Positions 8,669 through 19,171 of a stretch of 32,000 nucleotides of DNA are shown here, piece by piece. Made by a program: the position numbers and the translations under genes. Every line of letters starts with the position of its first letter. The first letter of the stretch is position 1. The stretch is from Escherichia coli O127:H6 (GTDB taxonomy: Bacteria; Pseudomonadota; Gammaproteobacteria; Enterobacterales; Enterobacteriaceae). The notes under the pieces are model-generated. The model ran no database searches. It saw only the letters and a list, made by a program, of their open reading frames with translations, and was not told where the DNA came from. Location: assembly GCF_900149915.1 (NCBI RefSeq), contig NZ_LT827011.1; one strand, written 5' to 3'.

Positions 8669-9811
8669 TTAAACTCGACCGCTGACAATACGGATATTCA
8701 CTCGCGCAGAATCAGACATCAGCTGAGAAGCACTCTGTATATAATTCGCCTGGTTTTGCAGCTCGAGAGTAGCTTTTTCCAGCTCTGCCTTCGCACTCTG
8801 ACTTAAGTACTCACTTTGTCGAGTTAAATTTTCCACAGCAAAAGCAGAAACCTGTGATAACACATTATAATACGCTGCGTCATTATTCAGCACAGTTGTA
8901 CCAATAGAGCGCGAAGAAGTAGTTAAACCATTTGCCACTGCCGAAATTTTCGATGCAACATTATCAACAAAAGTGTCGGCCAGCGTAGTGACTACTTTTA
9001 CGATGTTTGAACCAACTTTGTTAGCGACATCGCCAACTTTAGATATAAGTGAAGACACCCCGCCAATGCCGGCTGTCAGAATACCTGCGGCAAGAGATAG
9101 ACCGCCAAAAGCTTGCGCTGCTGTTTTTAACGCCTGTGGAGCATCATCGCCCATAACATCAACTGCAGTTTGCAGTGCCATTGCTGTTGCACTAATAGCA
9201 ACAACAGCCCAGAGTGCCGGGTTAAAAATAGCTGCAATAGCAGTTGCTGCAACCCCTAACCAACCAAAGACCTGACCAACAATTTTACTTTTTTGTGCTT
9301 TCTCTTCGGCTTTTTGTTGTTCTTCGAGCTGCTTTTTAAACTCCAGCGTTTTATTATCCAGCGCTTTATTTTGTCCATCCGCGTAGATCTCGTTGGAGTT
9401 TTTCATACTCGCAACTCTCTGCGCTGAGGCATCCAGGGATAACAGAGTGGCCATCATCATCATGGCCTGAGGGTCAACGTTATTCACCTGAGAAAGATAA
9501 GGATAGCCAGAGCTTGCATTCTGAGTGCTGCGCTGTGGTTCTGTTCCCTCTGTTCGACTCGTAACTTCACCACTAATACCACCAAACAGCTTACTCAGGA
9601 CATCCTCAGCAGCAGAGGGCGTCACTAATGAGTGACCTGCCGGTGGCGTTGGTAAAGCGGTACTTTCTGTCCAACTTGCTGATGGGGCCGTGGATTTAAC
9701 CAGTTGTAAATCCAGCGCGGAAGTCACTTCAGACTGATTAATACCTGAAGTAGCCGTAGCAGCACTGGCTCCAGACCTCACAGACTGGATATCGTTATTT
9801 ACATTAAGCAT
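8669..9811 (-). CDS. espD: Translocator EspD
   Basis: 380-aa ORF MLNVNNDIQSVRSGASAATATSGINQSEVTSALD..., hydrophobic translocator, C-terminal coiled coil. Confidence 0.97.
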   Translation of the reverse strand: MLNVNNDIQSVRSGASAATATSGINQSEVTSALDLQLVKSTAPSASWTESTALPTPPAGHSLVTPSAAEDVLSKLFGGISGEVTSRTEGTEPQRSTQNASSGYPYLSQVNNVDPQAMMMMATLLSLDASAQRVASMKNSNEIYADGQNKALDNKTLEFKKQLEEQQKAEEKAQKSKIVGQVFGWLGVAATAIAAIFNPALWAVVAISATAMALQTAVDVMGDDAPQALKTAAQAFGGLSLAAGILTAGIGGVSSLISKVGDVANKVGSNIVKVVTTLADTFVDNVASKISAVANGLTTSSRSIGTTVLNNDAAYYNVLSQVSAFAVENLTRQSEYLSQSAKAELEKATLELQNQANYIQSASQLMSDSARVNIRIVSGRV

Positions 9812-9823
9812 AGTTATCTCCGG

Positions 9824-10402
9824 TTATTTACCAAGGGATATTCCTGAAATAGTTCTATATTGCAGTGACTGCATATCAGAACGTGCACTCGTTAATAGGT
9901 TTAACGTATTTGACATTTGCTGTATTTCAAGCTGGCTATTATTGACCGTCGTTGTCAAATTATTCGCTTTAGCTGAAATAGCTGCTTTCACCGTTTGCAA
10001 ATCACCAGCGCCTAATTGAGCATTTATATTGTCAATACCACTTATTGTAATGTCATTGCGAGGATCATTTATATATGAAATCACTTCATCAGGAAGTTGA
10101 GCTTTCGCATTCTTGTCAGAGCTACTCTGAACGTCAGCAATTTTAGCATCTACAAGATTAGCCATTTTTTGGGCAGTGGTTGACTCCTTAGATGCCTCAT
10201 TCATATCAGCAAACTTTGCAATCGACAGATCGCTTTGTGCCTGATACATATAGGCAAACATGAGAATTGCAGCCTGAAAAACACCGAGTTTATTAAATAG
10301 ATCAATAACGTCATCTTTCGACATGCTCCCTAAATCATAGGCCATTGATGTCGAAGTACTCGCATTCGCACTAGCAACTGATGCTGTAGTTGATGTATCC
10401 AT
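9824..10402 (-). CDS. espA: Translocator filament protein EspA
   Basis: 192-aa ORF MDTSTTASVASANASTSTSMAYDLGSMSKDDVIDLFNKLG... Confidence 0.98.
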   Translation of the reverse strand: MDTSTTASVASANASTSTSMAYDLGSMSKDDVIDLFNKLGVFQAAILMFAYMYQAQSDLSIAKFADMNEASKESTTAQKMANLVDAKIADVQSSSDKNAKAQLPDEVISYINDPRNDITISGIDNINAQLGAGDLQTVKAAISAKANNLTTTVNNSQLEIQQMSNTLNLLTSARSDMQSLQYRTISGISLGK

Positions 10403-10458
10403 GTATATACCTCTTCATAATCTTTCTTAGCATGACAAAAACTATAAAAAAAACAATA

Positions 10459-11514
10459 TCACATAACATCCTCCTTATAATCTATCACTTTACCAATCAT
10501 TAATAATGTATTACTCCTCTGCTCGTTATCAATAAAACAAGCATCAGGTAATGATGCAAAAAATTCTTTCAATAAATGGAAATAATAAACATGTTTATCT
10601 TCGACAATCGATACCCGAGAAGGGCTCTCCAGTAGCCAGTCTTCTGTTAACCATACATGTTCAATAATAGATAGCATTTCATTTAAAATGACATCTTTAT
10701 CTTTCTTAATGGAGATTGCAATAATATCCGTATAGTTATTAAGTGATAAAAAAATGATTATCCGACATAAATCACTAATAATTGAAGATGTTCTTACCTT
10801 GTCTTCAAAAGAAGACATATAAGACAGATCGAACGATAGCGCCCTAATAATAACCTTTAAGTGCTTTTCACGCTCAGGAAGATCCTTAATCTCCATAAAC
10901 CAGTCAAGTAAAGAGGCGCCATTTTCAGAATCCTCATCCTTAGCCTTTTCATAAAGCTTCTTGATCTTCTGGATACCTTCCTGGTTTAACTCACCCACCC
11001 CTAACCAGGAAAGCAGAGCCAGCTCCCAATCGTCTTCGCCTAATAAATCCAATAATAATTTGGCGTATTTCTTTTTTAATTCAATCTTAACGAATTTAGA
11101 TTGTAATAAAGAAGATATTAGCGCAACAATTTCCCCCTTTGGCATGTTGCCAAACATCGCCAAAGTAGGATCGTGTTGTTCCAGCAACCCGCTGTTTTTT
11201 AATGATAGTTCTTTTATTTTATCACTATCGGTAAGAGTAAGCAGCTCTTGCATTTCATTGAGCAGCTTCTCGATTGTCGTGCCTTCCTCTTCTTTCCTTG
11301 CGCTACCTTTGCGATATCCCAGGCTTAGCCCTTCAATCGTTTCAGAAAGCGATGAGCTAGTAATCATTGCTAATTCATTTTGCAAATTTATTAATGGCGA
11401 AGAAGTATTAGAAGAATTTTTTTGCGTTAATTGCTGAGATTCTAATTCAAAATCTAATGAATTAGAATTAAAAACAGATGCGGGGTTTTGATTAAATTCA
11501 ATACCATTAGCCAT
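10459..11514 (-). CDS. sepL: T3SS gatekeeper SepL
   Basis: 351-aa ORF, MANGIEFNQNPASVFNSNSLDFE..., first gene of the sepL-espADB operon. Confidence 0.95.
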   Translation of the reverse strand: MANGIEFNQNPASVFNSNSLDFELESQQLTQKNSSNTSSPLINLQNELAMITSSSLSETIEGLSLGYRKGSARKEEEGTTIEKLLNEMQELLTLTDSDKIKELSLKNSGLLEQHDPTLAMFGNMPKGEIVALISSLLQSKFVKIELKKKYAKLLLDLLGEDDWELALLSWLGVGELNQEGIQKIKKLYEKAKDEDSENGASLLDWFMEIKDLPEREKHLKVIIRALSFDLSYMSSFEDKVRTSSIISDLCRIIIFLSLNNYTDIIAISIKKDKDVILNEMLSIIEHVWLTEDWLLESPSRVSIVEDKHVYYFHLLKEFFASLPDACFIDNEQRSNTLLMIGKVIDYKEDVM

Positions 11515-11656
11515 TGGAAACTCACGTAATCATTAATTATGAATATTCCATTAAATAGTACTGTACAACAGCTTCCTTTCTACTCTATTCTTAGACGATG
11601 TAAGTTCACCATATTTTTTCTCATTGTTCAACCACCAGGATGAATAAAATTTAAAA

Positions 11657-12877
11657 ATGTTATCCTCATATAAAATAAAACTTCTCAATGGTGCGATGCG
11701 TAATCGGGAATTACAACTTCCGATGGGAAACCTAACGCTAGGTACGGAAGATAACGATATTGTTTACTTTCCTCTTGAACAAGGCCTCAATCAGTTTTTA
11801 CTTGATATACGTGAGGAAGGTGTTTTCCTTTTATCTCCGGTTGAATTTTGGATTGATGGGCAACCCACGCCCTATGAAGCAGATAAACCATTACCTGTCG
11901 GAAAGATTATTGATATAGCGGGATGTTGCTTCATCATTGGTGATATTGACCATTCCTTGCCATTGTCTGATGTGCCAGAAAGGTTTTCTGCCAAAAATCA
12001 ACGCAAAAAACGCCTTATCCTGGCGAGCGTGATTGGTGCTACTTTTGCGTTGTCTGGTGCCATCGGCAGTTACGTTTTGCTTTCCCCAAAAGCTGAACCC
12101 CCAACGTTTACCAGAGCTGATGTATATCAGCAGCTAAAAGAAAACAAACTTCATGCAATCACTCTGGTATGGCATGGAAAAAATATCGCGCTTTATGGGC
12201 GTTGCGAATCAACCACGGATTTAACTCCATTTTTTAATTACCTGAAAGAAAAAAATATTTTTTATTACAATAAAATCATTTGCAATAACCAAATCATATC
12301 CGCAATTAATGATGTCTTAACGGAATACGGTTACAAAGATATCATTATTACAAAAGGTAATAAGCCTGGGTTCTTTCTGTTATCGGGATACATTCCCCCT
12401 TCACCCAAATGGAGCGAGGTTGAAAATCTGTTACTGAATACGCCAGGGGTTGCAGGATGGGAAATACACAACAACAGTAACAATAAAATCAATGAACTGG
12501 CATCAGAGTTTAAAAAGAATAAACTAATAAACTATGTCAATATTTTCAAAAAGAATGATGTCATCATTGTCGCGGGGGAAGTTTCTCAACAGAACGAGAG
12601 TAAGATCCTTGCCATTATAAATGCAATGAACAAAAATAGTAACGTCAAGATACTCTTTCAGAACATTCAGCCGTACATTTCAGCAGATATTTTTCCCGGA
12701 AAAATACTCAGAATCAGCGGTACGATGAAGAATCCTACAATTGCTCTTGATAATGGTACCAGCCTCGGGATTGGTAGCATTCTGAAAGGAGGCTATGTCA
12801 TCGACGCAATTGATCCTAAAGATGGTATCAACATCTCCCGCCCAGACGAATATATACATATTCCACTGTCGTATTAA
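11657..12877 (+). CDS. escD: T3SS inner-membrane ring protein EscD (SctD)
   Basis: 406-aa ORF with FHA-like N-terminus, central TM (LILASVIGATFALSGAIGSYVLL) and periplasmic ring-building domains. Confidence 0.95.
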   Translation: MLSSYKIKLLNGAMRNRELQLPMGNLTLGTEDNDIVYFPLEQGLNQFLLDIREEGVFLLSPVEFWIDGQPTPYEADKPLPVGKIIDIAGCCFIIGDIDHSLPLSDVPERFSAKNQRKKRLILASVIGATFALSGAIGSYVLLSPKAEPPTFTRADVYQQLKENKLHAITLVWHGKNIALYGRCESTTDLTPFFNYLKEKNIFYYNKIICNNQIISAINDVLTEYGYKDIIITKGNKPGFFLLSGYIPPSPKWSEVENLLLNTPGVAGWEIHNNSNNKINELASEFKKNKLINYVNIFKKNDVIIVAGEVSQQNESKILAIINAMNKNSNVKILFQNIQPYISADIFPGKILRISGTMKNPTIALDNGTSLGIGSILKGGYVIDAIDPKDGINISRPDEYIHIPLSY

Positions 12878-12893
12878 TTTCTTATCCTCTTCC

Positions 12894-12913
12894 CCCTCTT
12901 CGGAGGGTTTTTT
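12894..12913 (+). terminator. Intrinsic terminator after escD
   Basis: CCCTC-TTCG-GAGGG stem with TTCG tetraloop followed by TTTTTT, 17 nt after the escD stop. Confidence 0.9.
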
Positions 12914-13035
12914 ATTGTGTGGATGTTATAGATATAGTCTTCATGATGTCAAATTATTGGGTGGAGAGAAAAGCTAGCTAGAGACTTGATTACCAGGATA
13001 CAACTCGAAAGGTGCTAATATAGAATATATCGCAT

Positions 13036-13072
13036 AAAAATGTCCGACTAAAAGATACATTTTAGCCGGACA
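13036..13072 (-). terminator. Intrinsic terminator of LEE5 (after eae)
   Basis: On the minus strand: TGTCCGGCTAAAA-TGTATC-TTTTAGTCGGACA (13-bp stem with one G.T pair) followed by TTTTT. Confidence 0.88.
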
Positions 13073-13093
13073 ATGATTAGATATTTATTAAAT

Positions 13094-15913
13094 TTATTTT
13101 ACACAAGTGGCATAAGCATTAGATTCACTAGCCTTAATATTATTCAGAGGGTTTTGTTTAACTAAATCGTATGTACTTGCAACACCACTCTTCGCATCTT
13201 GAGCTGTTTGTTGTACCCATGAAATTATAGTCTGACTAGACTTATAATATTCATATTTATTTGCAGCCCCCCATGCTTTAAAGACATTTTCCAGTTCATT
13301 CTGAGAAGACGGCAACTTTCCTCCAAAATTCTTACATGTATTCACAGCATCATTATAGGTCACACGCTTGCTCATATTAGGAACAATCAGACTATTAGGT
13401 GTTGCAATAGTATAAGTTGCAGTTTGATTATCACTTGAGATAACGGAAATAGTTGTAGTTCCCTTCTCTTTTAAGGTGACCTGACCAGAAGAAGCATCCA
13501 CCGAAGCAATTGCTGGATTTGCTGAGCGCCATGTATATTTTCCGTTACCTCCGCTGGCTTTCAGATTAACTTGACCATATTGCAACCATACAGTGGGTAA
13601 CTTCCCTTTAACTCCGGTTCCAACAATTTCAATATTACCGTCATCAATTGTAAGCGTTGTAAAAAATTCAACTTCAGGTGCTTTGACATCAACGGCGACA
13701 TCGCTAACACGGGCACTAACGAGTGATTTTCCTGGAGTTGTCGATGTTAATGTTACTTTGGCATAGCCATTCGTATCCGTTTTTTCAGTGGAATTACTTA
13801 ACTTACCTAAGGTCGTCGTAAAGGTCACTTCCTGATTAGATACAGGCTTATCCCCCTTCATCACTTTAACAGTGTATGTAATAGCATCCTGACCATTTGC
13901 TACTGCCGTTGTTTTATCAGCCTTAATCTCAGTAATGCTGGCCTTGGTTTGATCAACAAATATAACTGCATTGGCATTAAGCGCTGAAGTCATCTCTGCT
14001 GTTTTAGCAGACACGACGACCTGGCCTGGTTTATCCGATTTCAGGGTTACAGTCGCCTTACCGCTACCATTGGTATTGGCACTATTGGCACTTAAAACTG
14101 CAGTTCCTGAAACAATATTAAATGAAACAGGGACATTAGCCTGAGCTACCCCATTCTTTTTCACCGTCGCAGTATAAGTAATTGCTTCGGTGCCATCCGC
14201 TTTAGCCGAAGTCTTATCAGCCGTAAAGTCCGTTACCCCAACCTGGTCGACCACCTGACCATTCGACAGAACGGTAATAGTAAGCAGTACATTGTTAGAG
14301 CTATTGCCATTACGGTCATAGGCGCGAGCCGTCACTTTATAAACATTGCTACCACCTTGCACATAAGCAGGCAAAATAGCCTGGTAATCTTGTGCGCTTT
14401 GGCTTCCGCTATGCTGAATCTGGCCGCCCTGGCTACGTAATGCACTATCATCCCAGACGATACGATCCAGACCGTATTTGCTCTTAACGATCAATTGAAT
14501 CTTCTGCGTACTGCGTTCAGTACCATTAATATCATGCGGAATATTCAGAGAAAGAATATCCTGCTTTTTGTACTCCAGAATAATATTGTTATTACGCTGA
14601 ACCAGATCGTAACGGCTGCCTGATAATGTTCTTAACTCGTTAACATATTGTGGCTCAATTTGCTGAGACCACGGTTTATCAAACTGATAACGGAACTGCA
14701 TTGAGTAAAGGAGATCATTTTCATTACCCGTACCATGACGGTAATCGATCCCCATCGTCACCAGAGGAATCGGAGTATAGTTTACACCAACGGTCGCCGC
14801 ACCAGGATTCGACTGCAGCTTATCAGAATTAAACAAAGCAACATTATCACCATAATACTGCTCATACATCAGCTTGGCACCTAATGCCGGGTATGATGGC
14901 AGATAGCCATTAAAACGGATATCGAAGCCATTTGCTGGGCGCTCATCATAGTCTTTCTTATTGTATGACTCATGCCAGCCGCTCATGCGGAAATAGCCGT
15001 TAACACTACTTTTGAAATAGTCTCGCCAGTATTCGCCACCAATACCTAAACGGGTATTATCACCAGAAAAATCCTGATCAATGAAGACGTTATAGCCCAA
15101 CATATTTTCAGGAAGGAAAAAACGCTGACCCGCACCTAAATTTGCCGTAAAGCGGGAGTCAATGTAACGCGCTCCGACCTGACCAAATGCCAGCATTTTT
15201 TCGGAATCATAGAACGGTAATAAGAAGTCCAGTGAACTACCGTCAAAGTTATTACCACTCTGCAGATTAACCTCTGCCGTTCCATAATGTTGTAACCAGG
15301 CCTGCAACTGTGACGAAGCCTGGTTACCAGCGATACCAAGAGCGGTATCTTTCGCGTAATCGCCGTTCAGAGATCGCGACTGAAGCTGGCTACCGAGACT
15401 CGCCGCCTGTTGTGCCGCATAATTTAATGCCTTGTCATCGGTCATGTTGCTTTTGGTCACGTCCGGGGACATTTTAGTCAGTTTATTTGTATGACCAGCG
15501 ACACCACCTGCAGCAACAAGAGGTGCCGAACCTAAAAGTGGTAAGGCACTGTATTCAAAGGGAAGTTTTTTGAGTGGCAAAATGATCTGCTGACCAGGCG
15601 CGGCCTTCATCATTTCGCTTTCAGAACTGTATAAATGCTTATTCAACGACCAAATCGTCGATAAATTAATATCTTGCGATTTAGAAAGATCGGCAACAGT
15701 TTCACCTGTTTTCAACGTATAAAAAAGGCGATTCTGATAGCTATTATGAGTTAACAGTTTTGAATCCGAACCCAATTTAAAATAATTTTCACCATTTGCA
15801 AATGAATTCTGATTAACATAAAAAAACAATCCTAAACCAGCACTAAGCATAATAAATGTTTTTTTTAGCTTATGCTTGTGCCGGGTCCGGGCATAAAAAC
15901 CATGAGTAATCAT
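13094..15913 (-). CDS. eae: Intimin (alpha-type by C-terminal sequence)
   Basis: 939 aa from MITHGFYARTRHKHKLKKTF (ORF track adds 6 residues upstream). LysM-like region, beta-barrel, Ig-like domains, and a C-terminus ...KYEYYKSSQTIISWVQQTAQDAKSGVASTYDLVKQNPLNNIKASESNAYATCVK. Confidence 0.98.
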   Translation of the reverse strand: MITHGFYARTRHKHKLKKTFIMLSAGLGLFFYVNQNSFANGENYFKLGSDSKLLTHNSYQNRLFYTLKTGETVADLSKSQDINLSTIWSLNKHLYSSESEMMKAAPGQQIILPLKKLPFEYSALPLLGSAPLVAAGGVAGHTNKLTKMSPDVTKSNMTDDKALNYAAQQAASLGSQLQSRSLNGDYAKDTALGIAGNQASSQLQAWLQHYGTAEVNLQSGNNFDGSSLDFLLPFYDSEKMLAFGQVGARYIDSRFTANLGAGQRFFLPENMLGYNVFIDQDFSGDNTRLGIGGEYWRDYFKSSVNGYFRMSGWHESYNKKDYDERPANGFDIRFNGYLPSYPALGAKLMYEQYYGDNVALFNSDKLQSNPGAATVGVNYTPIPLVTMGIDYRHGTGNENDLLYSMQFRYQFDKPWSQQIEPQYVNELRTLSGSRYDLVQRNNNIILEYKKQDILSLNIPHDINGTERSTQKIQLIVKSKYGLDRIVWDDSALRSQGGQIQHSGSQSAQDYQAILPAYVQGGSNVYKVTARAYDRNGNSSNNVLLTITVLSNGQVVDQVGVTDFTADKTSAKADGTEAITYTATVKKNGVAQANVPVSFNIVSGTAVLSANSANTNGSGKATVTLKSDKPGQVVVSAKTAEMTSALNANAVIFVDQTKASITEIKADKTTAVANGQDAITYTVKVMKGDKPVSNQEVTFTTTLGKLSNSTEKTDTNGYAKVTLTSTTPGKSLVSARVSDVAVDVKAPEVEFFTTLTIDDGNIEIVGTGVKGKLPTVWLQYGQVNLKASGGNGKYTWRSANPAIASVDASSGQVTLKEKGTTTISVISSDNQTATYTIATPNSLIVPNMSKRVTYNDAVNTCKNFGGKLPSSQNELENVFKAWGAANKYEYYKSSQTIISWVQQTAQDAKSGVASTYDLVKQNPLNNIKASESNAYATCVK

Positions 15914-15972
15914 GTTTGGGCTCCACCACAATGAGTTAGAATGAGTAGTAAATTAATACTAATAAATAAGTT

Positions 15973-16443
15973 TTATCTTCCGGCGTAATAATGTTTATTA
16001 TCGCTTGAGCTAATTTCCTCTATTTTCATATGTTCGTTTTCTAATGTTATTCCCTGATTATGTAATACCAAATACAGATTTTCCATCGACTTAACGACGA
16101 CTTCTATTTCATTCTCAAGTTTTTCAGGGGTAGCATCATCGAGCGGGAAACGTAACGCTAACAACAGCGATTGTGCTCCTGACTCATAACACAGGTATGG
16201 CCCACCATTCTCTGCAAACCATAAGTTTGCATTCAAAATCTCAAGAGCGAAGTTAGGGTTATCTGTCGGGAATTTTCCACAGACGCCATAAATCATCATA
16301 TATTCGTCATTGGCATCAGATAACGAAATATAATAAATTTCATCAATAGCAAAAGAACACAATCTATTTTCATTAAAGGAAATAGATCCAACACCAATTT
16401 TTTCCGCAAACCTATCTAATAAAAGTTCAGATCTTGATGACAT
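15973..16443 (-). CDS. cesT: Tir/multi-effector chaperone CesT
   Basis: 156-aa [32 protein letters not shown]..., between tir and eae. Confidence 0.97.
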
Positions 16444-16535
16444 TATAATTTCTCTTAATTGATTTATAATAACAGAAGTTCAAGAGTTACCCATGCTGCA
16501 ACGTTGTTCTCTGAAACATTAACGCTAGTAAAACG

Positions 16536-16552
16536 CCCCCCCACCCCACCCC
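16536..16552 (-). other. G-quadruplex-capable tract in tir-cesT intergenic region
   Basis: Plus strand CCCCCCCACCCCACCCC; on the transcribed-RNA sense, GGGG-T-GGGG-T-GGGGGGG. Confidence 0.6.
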
Positions 16553-16580
16553 AACCTCAACTAAATACTCACAGATATAT

Positions 16581-18233
16581 TTAAACGAAACGTACTGGTC
16601 CCGGCGTTGGTGCGGCATTTACAGAACTTACTGCGCTCTCGCCACCACTCGTTAATCCTCCCATACCTAAACGCAATCCGCCGCTGTTTGCCAGAAGCGC
16701 ATAAGTACTTTGGATACCTTGCCCTGGAGTTCCTATTAACCTTCCGGTAACTGGGCCGCTCCCTGAAAAATTCTGAATAACGCTATAACCAGGATCTGCA
16801 GCGACCTCATCATAAATATGCTCTTCTGGCTGATGAGCCGATAGACTATTCCGAGCCCCCCCAACTTCAGCATATGGATTAACCACTTCGCTAGAGGAAT
16901 CTGACCAGTGTGTCGATGCAACACTCCCCTGCGAATCACGTCTATTCAGAGAAGCGTCTTCTGCTCTTGTGGCATCAGTGCCACCTTGTGCTGGGGTATT
17001 CCCTCCGGTCTGTTGCTGCACTACCGTATGTGTTGTTGTAGTAGTTGTCTGTTCTGCCGGCTGATTTCGTCTATGGAGCGCAGTCGTTACACCAGCACCA
17101 ATTCCCCCAGCAACAATCAATGCACTGCTGAGGCCGTAACCAATACCCGATGAAAGCTGTAATTCCTCCTGACGTCTGGCATGCTGATCCTCATATCGCT
17201 GCTGCGCCTGTGCATTGCTTTCAACAGCCTGCTGTCTGGCCACCTCACCAGCCTCTTTAGCTTGTTGTGCTATTTGCTCAACAATATCATCTTTTAATTC
17301 CCCAGACGGAATAGCATTTCCGTTCGCATCGATGTTAACTTTCTGGTTCTCAGGGTTCTTGAATGCTTCTTGCGTTAACTGATCTTTTGTTGCACTTTCT
17401 GCAGCATTTGCGGCCTGATCAGGATCGGTGGTTGTAGGATCATCCGGTTCCGGTGTCAAAGCCAACGCCTGTGCAATACCAGTTGCCGCCAGTCCCGCTA
17501 AACCAGCAGCAATTGCGCCGACAGAAACCCAGAATTTAGGATCTGAGCGAACGCTGGAATTTGTTGTTGAAGTATGGGTTTCGCTAACAACGCCATCATC
17601 TATTCCCGAAGCGCTGCCAACACCAACAGAACGCGTATCAACGTCCTTGGGTTGACGTCCTCCATGATTGTCTGGGTCTAATTTGGCCAGTATTTTCGTA
17701 CGAGCTTCCGCGATATCTGATGCGACAGTGACCATCGGATGCCCACTACCGCCACGTCCCCCGGTAAAAACAAATCTGTTTTTACCCTCAGTATCAATAG
17801 ATTGCAAGCTGCTCCATTCTTGAGGACTTAATGTAACGCTAACCTCCAAACCATTTTTTTCTCCAATAGCGGCATGAGTACCATCTGCCTGCACTTCAAC
17901 ACGAAATGCAGAGGGTCCAATTTGCGTATTGAGAATATCAAGTGGCCCCTTATCATGGAGAACTTCAAATCCTCCAAGCAAGCATGTCTCAGATGTAGCT
18001 GCAGCAAGCCTCGATGGGTTTGTAGGAAGTCCTGGAATATCTCTGGAATCGACAGAATCAGCCATAGAATTTCTCAGGGGAGAAAACAATGAACGAGATC
18101 CTAATGCTCCTGTAGAGCTAATTAGATGACCAGTTCCTCCCCGTGCCGCGCCGTCTGTTTGTGAAGGTAGTGGCGGCGCAGGGGGAATTAAATGATTGCC
18201 ATTTACATTATTACCAAGGTTACCAATAGGCAT
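16581..18233 (-). CDS. tir: Translocated intimin receptor Tir
   Basis: 550-aa ORF with N-terminal MPIGNLGNNVNGNHLIPPAPPLPS, two TM segments, and C-terminal NPYAEV and EEHIYDEV tyrosine motifs. Confidence 0.98.
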   Translation of the reverse strand: MPIGNLGNNVNGNHLIPPAPPLPSQTDGAARGGTGHLISSTGALGSRSLFSPLRNSMADSVDSRDIPGLPTNPSRLAAATSETCLLGGFEVLHDKGPLDILNTQIGPSAFRVEVQADGTHAAIGEKNGLEVSVTLSPQEWSSLQSIDTEGKNRFVFTGGRGGSGHPMVTVASDIAEARTKILAKLDPDNHGGRQPKDVDTRSVGVGSASGIDDGVVSETHTSTTNSSVRSDPKFWVSVGAIAAGLAGLAATGIAQALALTPEPDDPTTTDPDQAANAAESATKDQLTQEAFKNPENQKVNIDANGNAIPSGELKDDIVEQIAQQAKEAGEVARQQAVESNAQAQQRYEDQHARRQEELQLSSGIGYGLSSALIVAGGIGAGVTTALHRRNQPAEQTTTTTTHTVVQQQTGGNTPAQGGTDATRAEDASLNRRDSQGSVASTHWSDSSSEVVNPYAEVGGARNSLSAHQPEEHIYDEVAADPGYSVIQNFSGSGPVTGRLIGTPGQGIQSTYALLANSGGLRLGMGGLTSGGESAVSSVNAAPTPGPVRFV

Positions 18234-18559
18234 ACATATATCCTTTTATTTAGAAATTTGACACGTTCCTTTATATTACTATGACGTAACGGTATGCAGC
18301 CGATAAAACAACTGAGCATAAACCAAATAAATCACAGTATAATTTTTGATGCAAGCAAAATAACGCACCAGAAATGCATGTCTGTATTTCCAACTAAAAA
18401 ATCACATAATCAAAATCATTATATAATTATCGAAAAAAAATAATTATAATTTTTATATGCAGAAATTTAATTGTGTATTGAAAAATAATATTTTATTTTA
18501 AACGTCTATAGAGACCTTTTTGCATCAAGAAAAAAAATAACAGCGCAGTAAGTTTCCCC

Positions 18560-19171
18560 CTACAGCCGAGTATCCTGCACATTGTCTGCAATCGCCTTCT
18601 CAGTTAGAGCCTTGATATCACTGATTTTCGCGGTGCTAAAATTCTGTTCAAAGATTTCGCGTGAGACTTGTTCTATCAATTTGGTTTGAGTGTTAAAACG
18701 TGTAATGGGATCCACTCCTTTACCACACTGCTCATCAACTTTCTGATTAAAGTATTTATTGGATTGCAAAAAGTGACTAATTGATGATTGTGCACAGTTC
18801 ATATCGAGAGGCTGTTGTATCGCGCTTTCAACCTCTTTAAAAATGCGACATTTAGTCTCCTTACTAATTGCCGAATTATTACTCATGCAATAGTCATCCA
18901 CAGTTTTGTTTACTGCTCTGGATAGAAAAGTAATCTGCTCTTGCTTGAACCATTGCTGGGTATCACTACTACCAGTTTGTTTGGCTACGGCCTGTAGTAG
19001 CTGGGTAGTCAGTTTGCCATGATTAATCATAAGGTTCGACTGCATAGGTGTGAACCTCATACCACTGGCTGCCATGCCCGCTTGCGTCGCAGCCTTGGTT
19101 ACAGCGGGTCTAAGAGTTTGTGTAACCGCCTGAGCTAACGCTCTACCTACCATTGCCGTTGGACTAAACAT
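18560..19171 (-). CDS. map: LEE effector Map (WxxxE GEF, mitochondrial)
   Basis: 203-aa ORF MFSPTAMVGRALAQAVTQTLRP...; WFKQE motif; C-terminal TRL PDZ ligand. Confidence 0.96.
   Translation of the reverse strand: MFSPTAMVGRALAQAVTQTLRPAVTKAATQAGMAASGMRFTPMQSNLMINHGKLTTQLLQAVAKQTGSSDTQQWFKQEQITFLSRAVNKTVDDYCMSNNSAISKETKCRIFKEVESAIQQPLDMNCAQSSISHFLQSNKYFNQKVDEQCGKGVDPITRFNTQTKLIEQVSREIFEQNFSTAKISDIKALTEKAIADNVQDTRL

Noticed and set aside
8019-9275. ORFs antisense to espB and espD, including a 100-aa one at 8973-9275
   Set aside because: They mirror the codon pattern of intact, recognised genes; I saw no independent evidence of coding.
14650-15339. Small ORFs inside eae on both strands
   Set aside because: Embedded in conserved intimin coding sequence, no recognisable family.
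16736-18129. Forward-strand and alternate-frame ORFs inside tir
   Set aside because: Antisense or frame-shifted readings of an intact effector gene.
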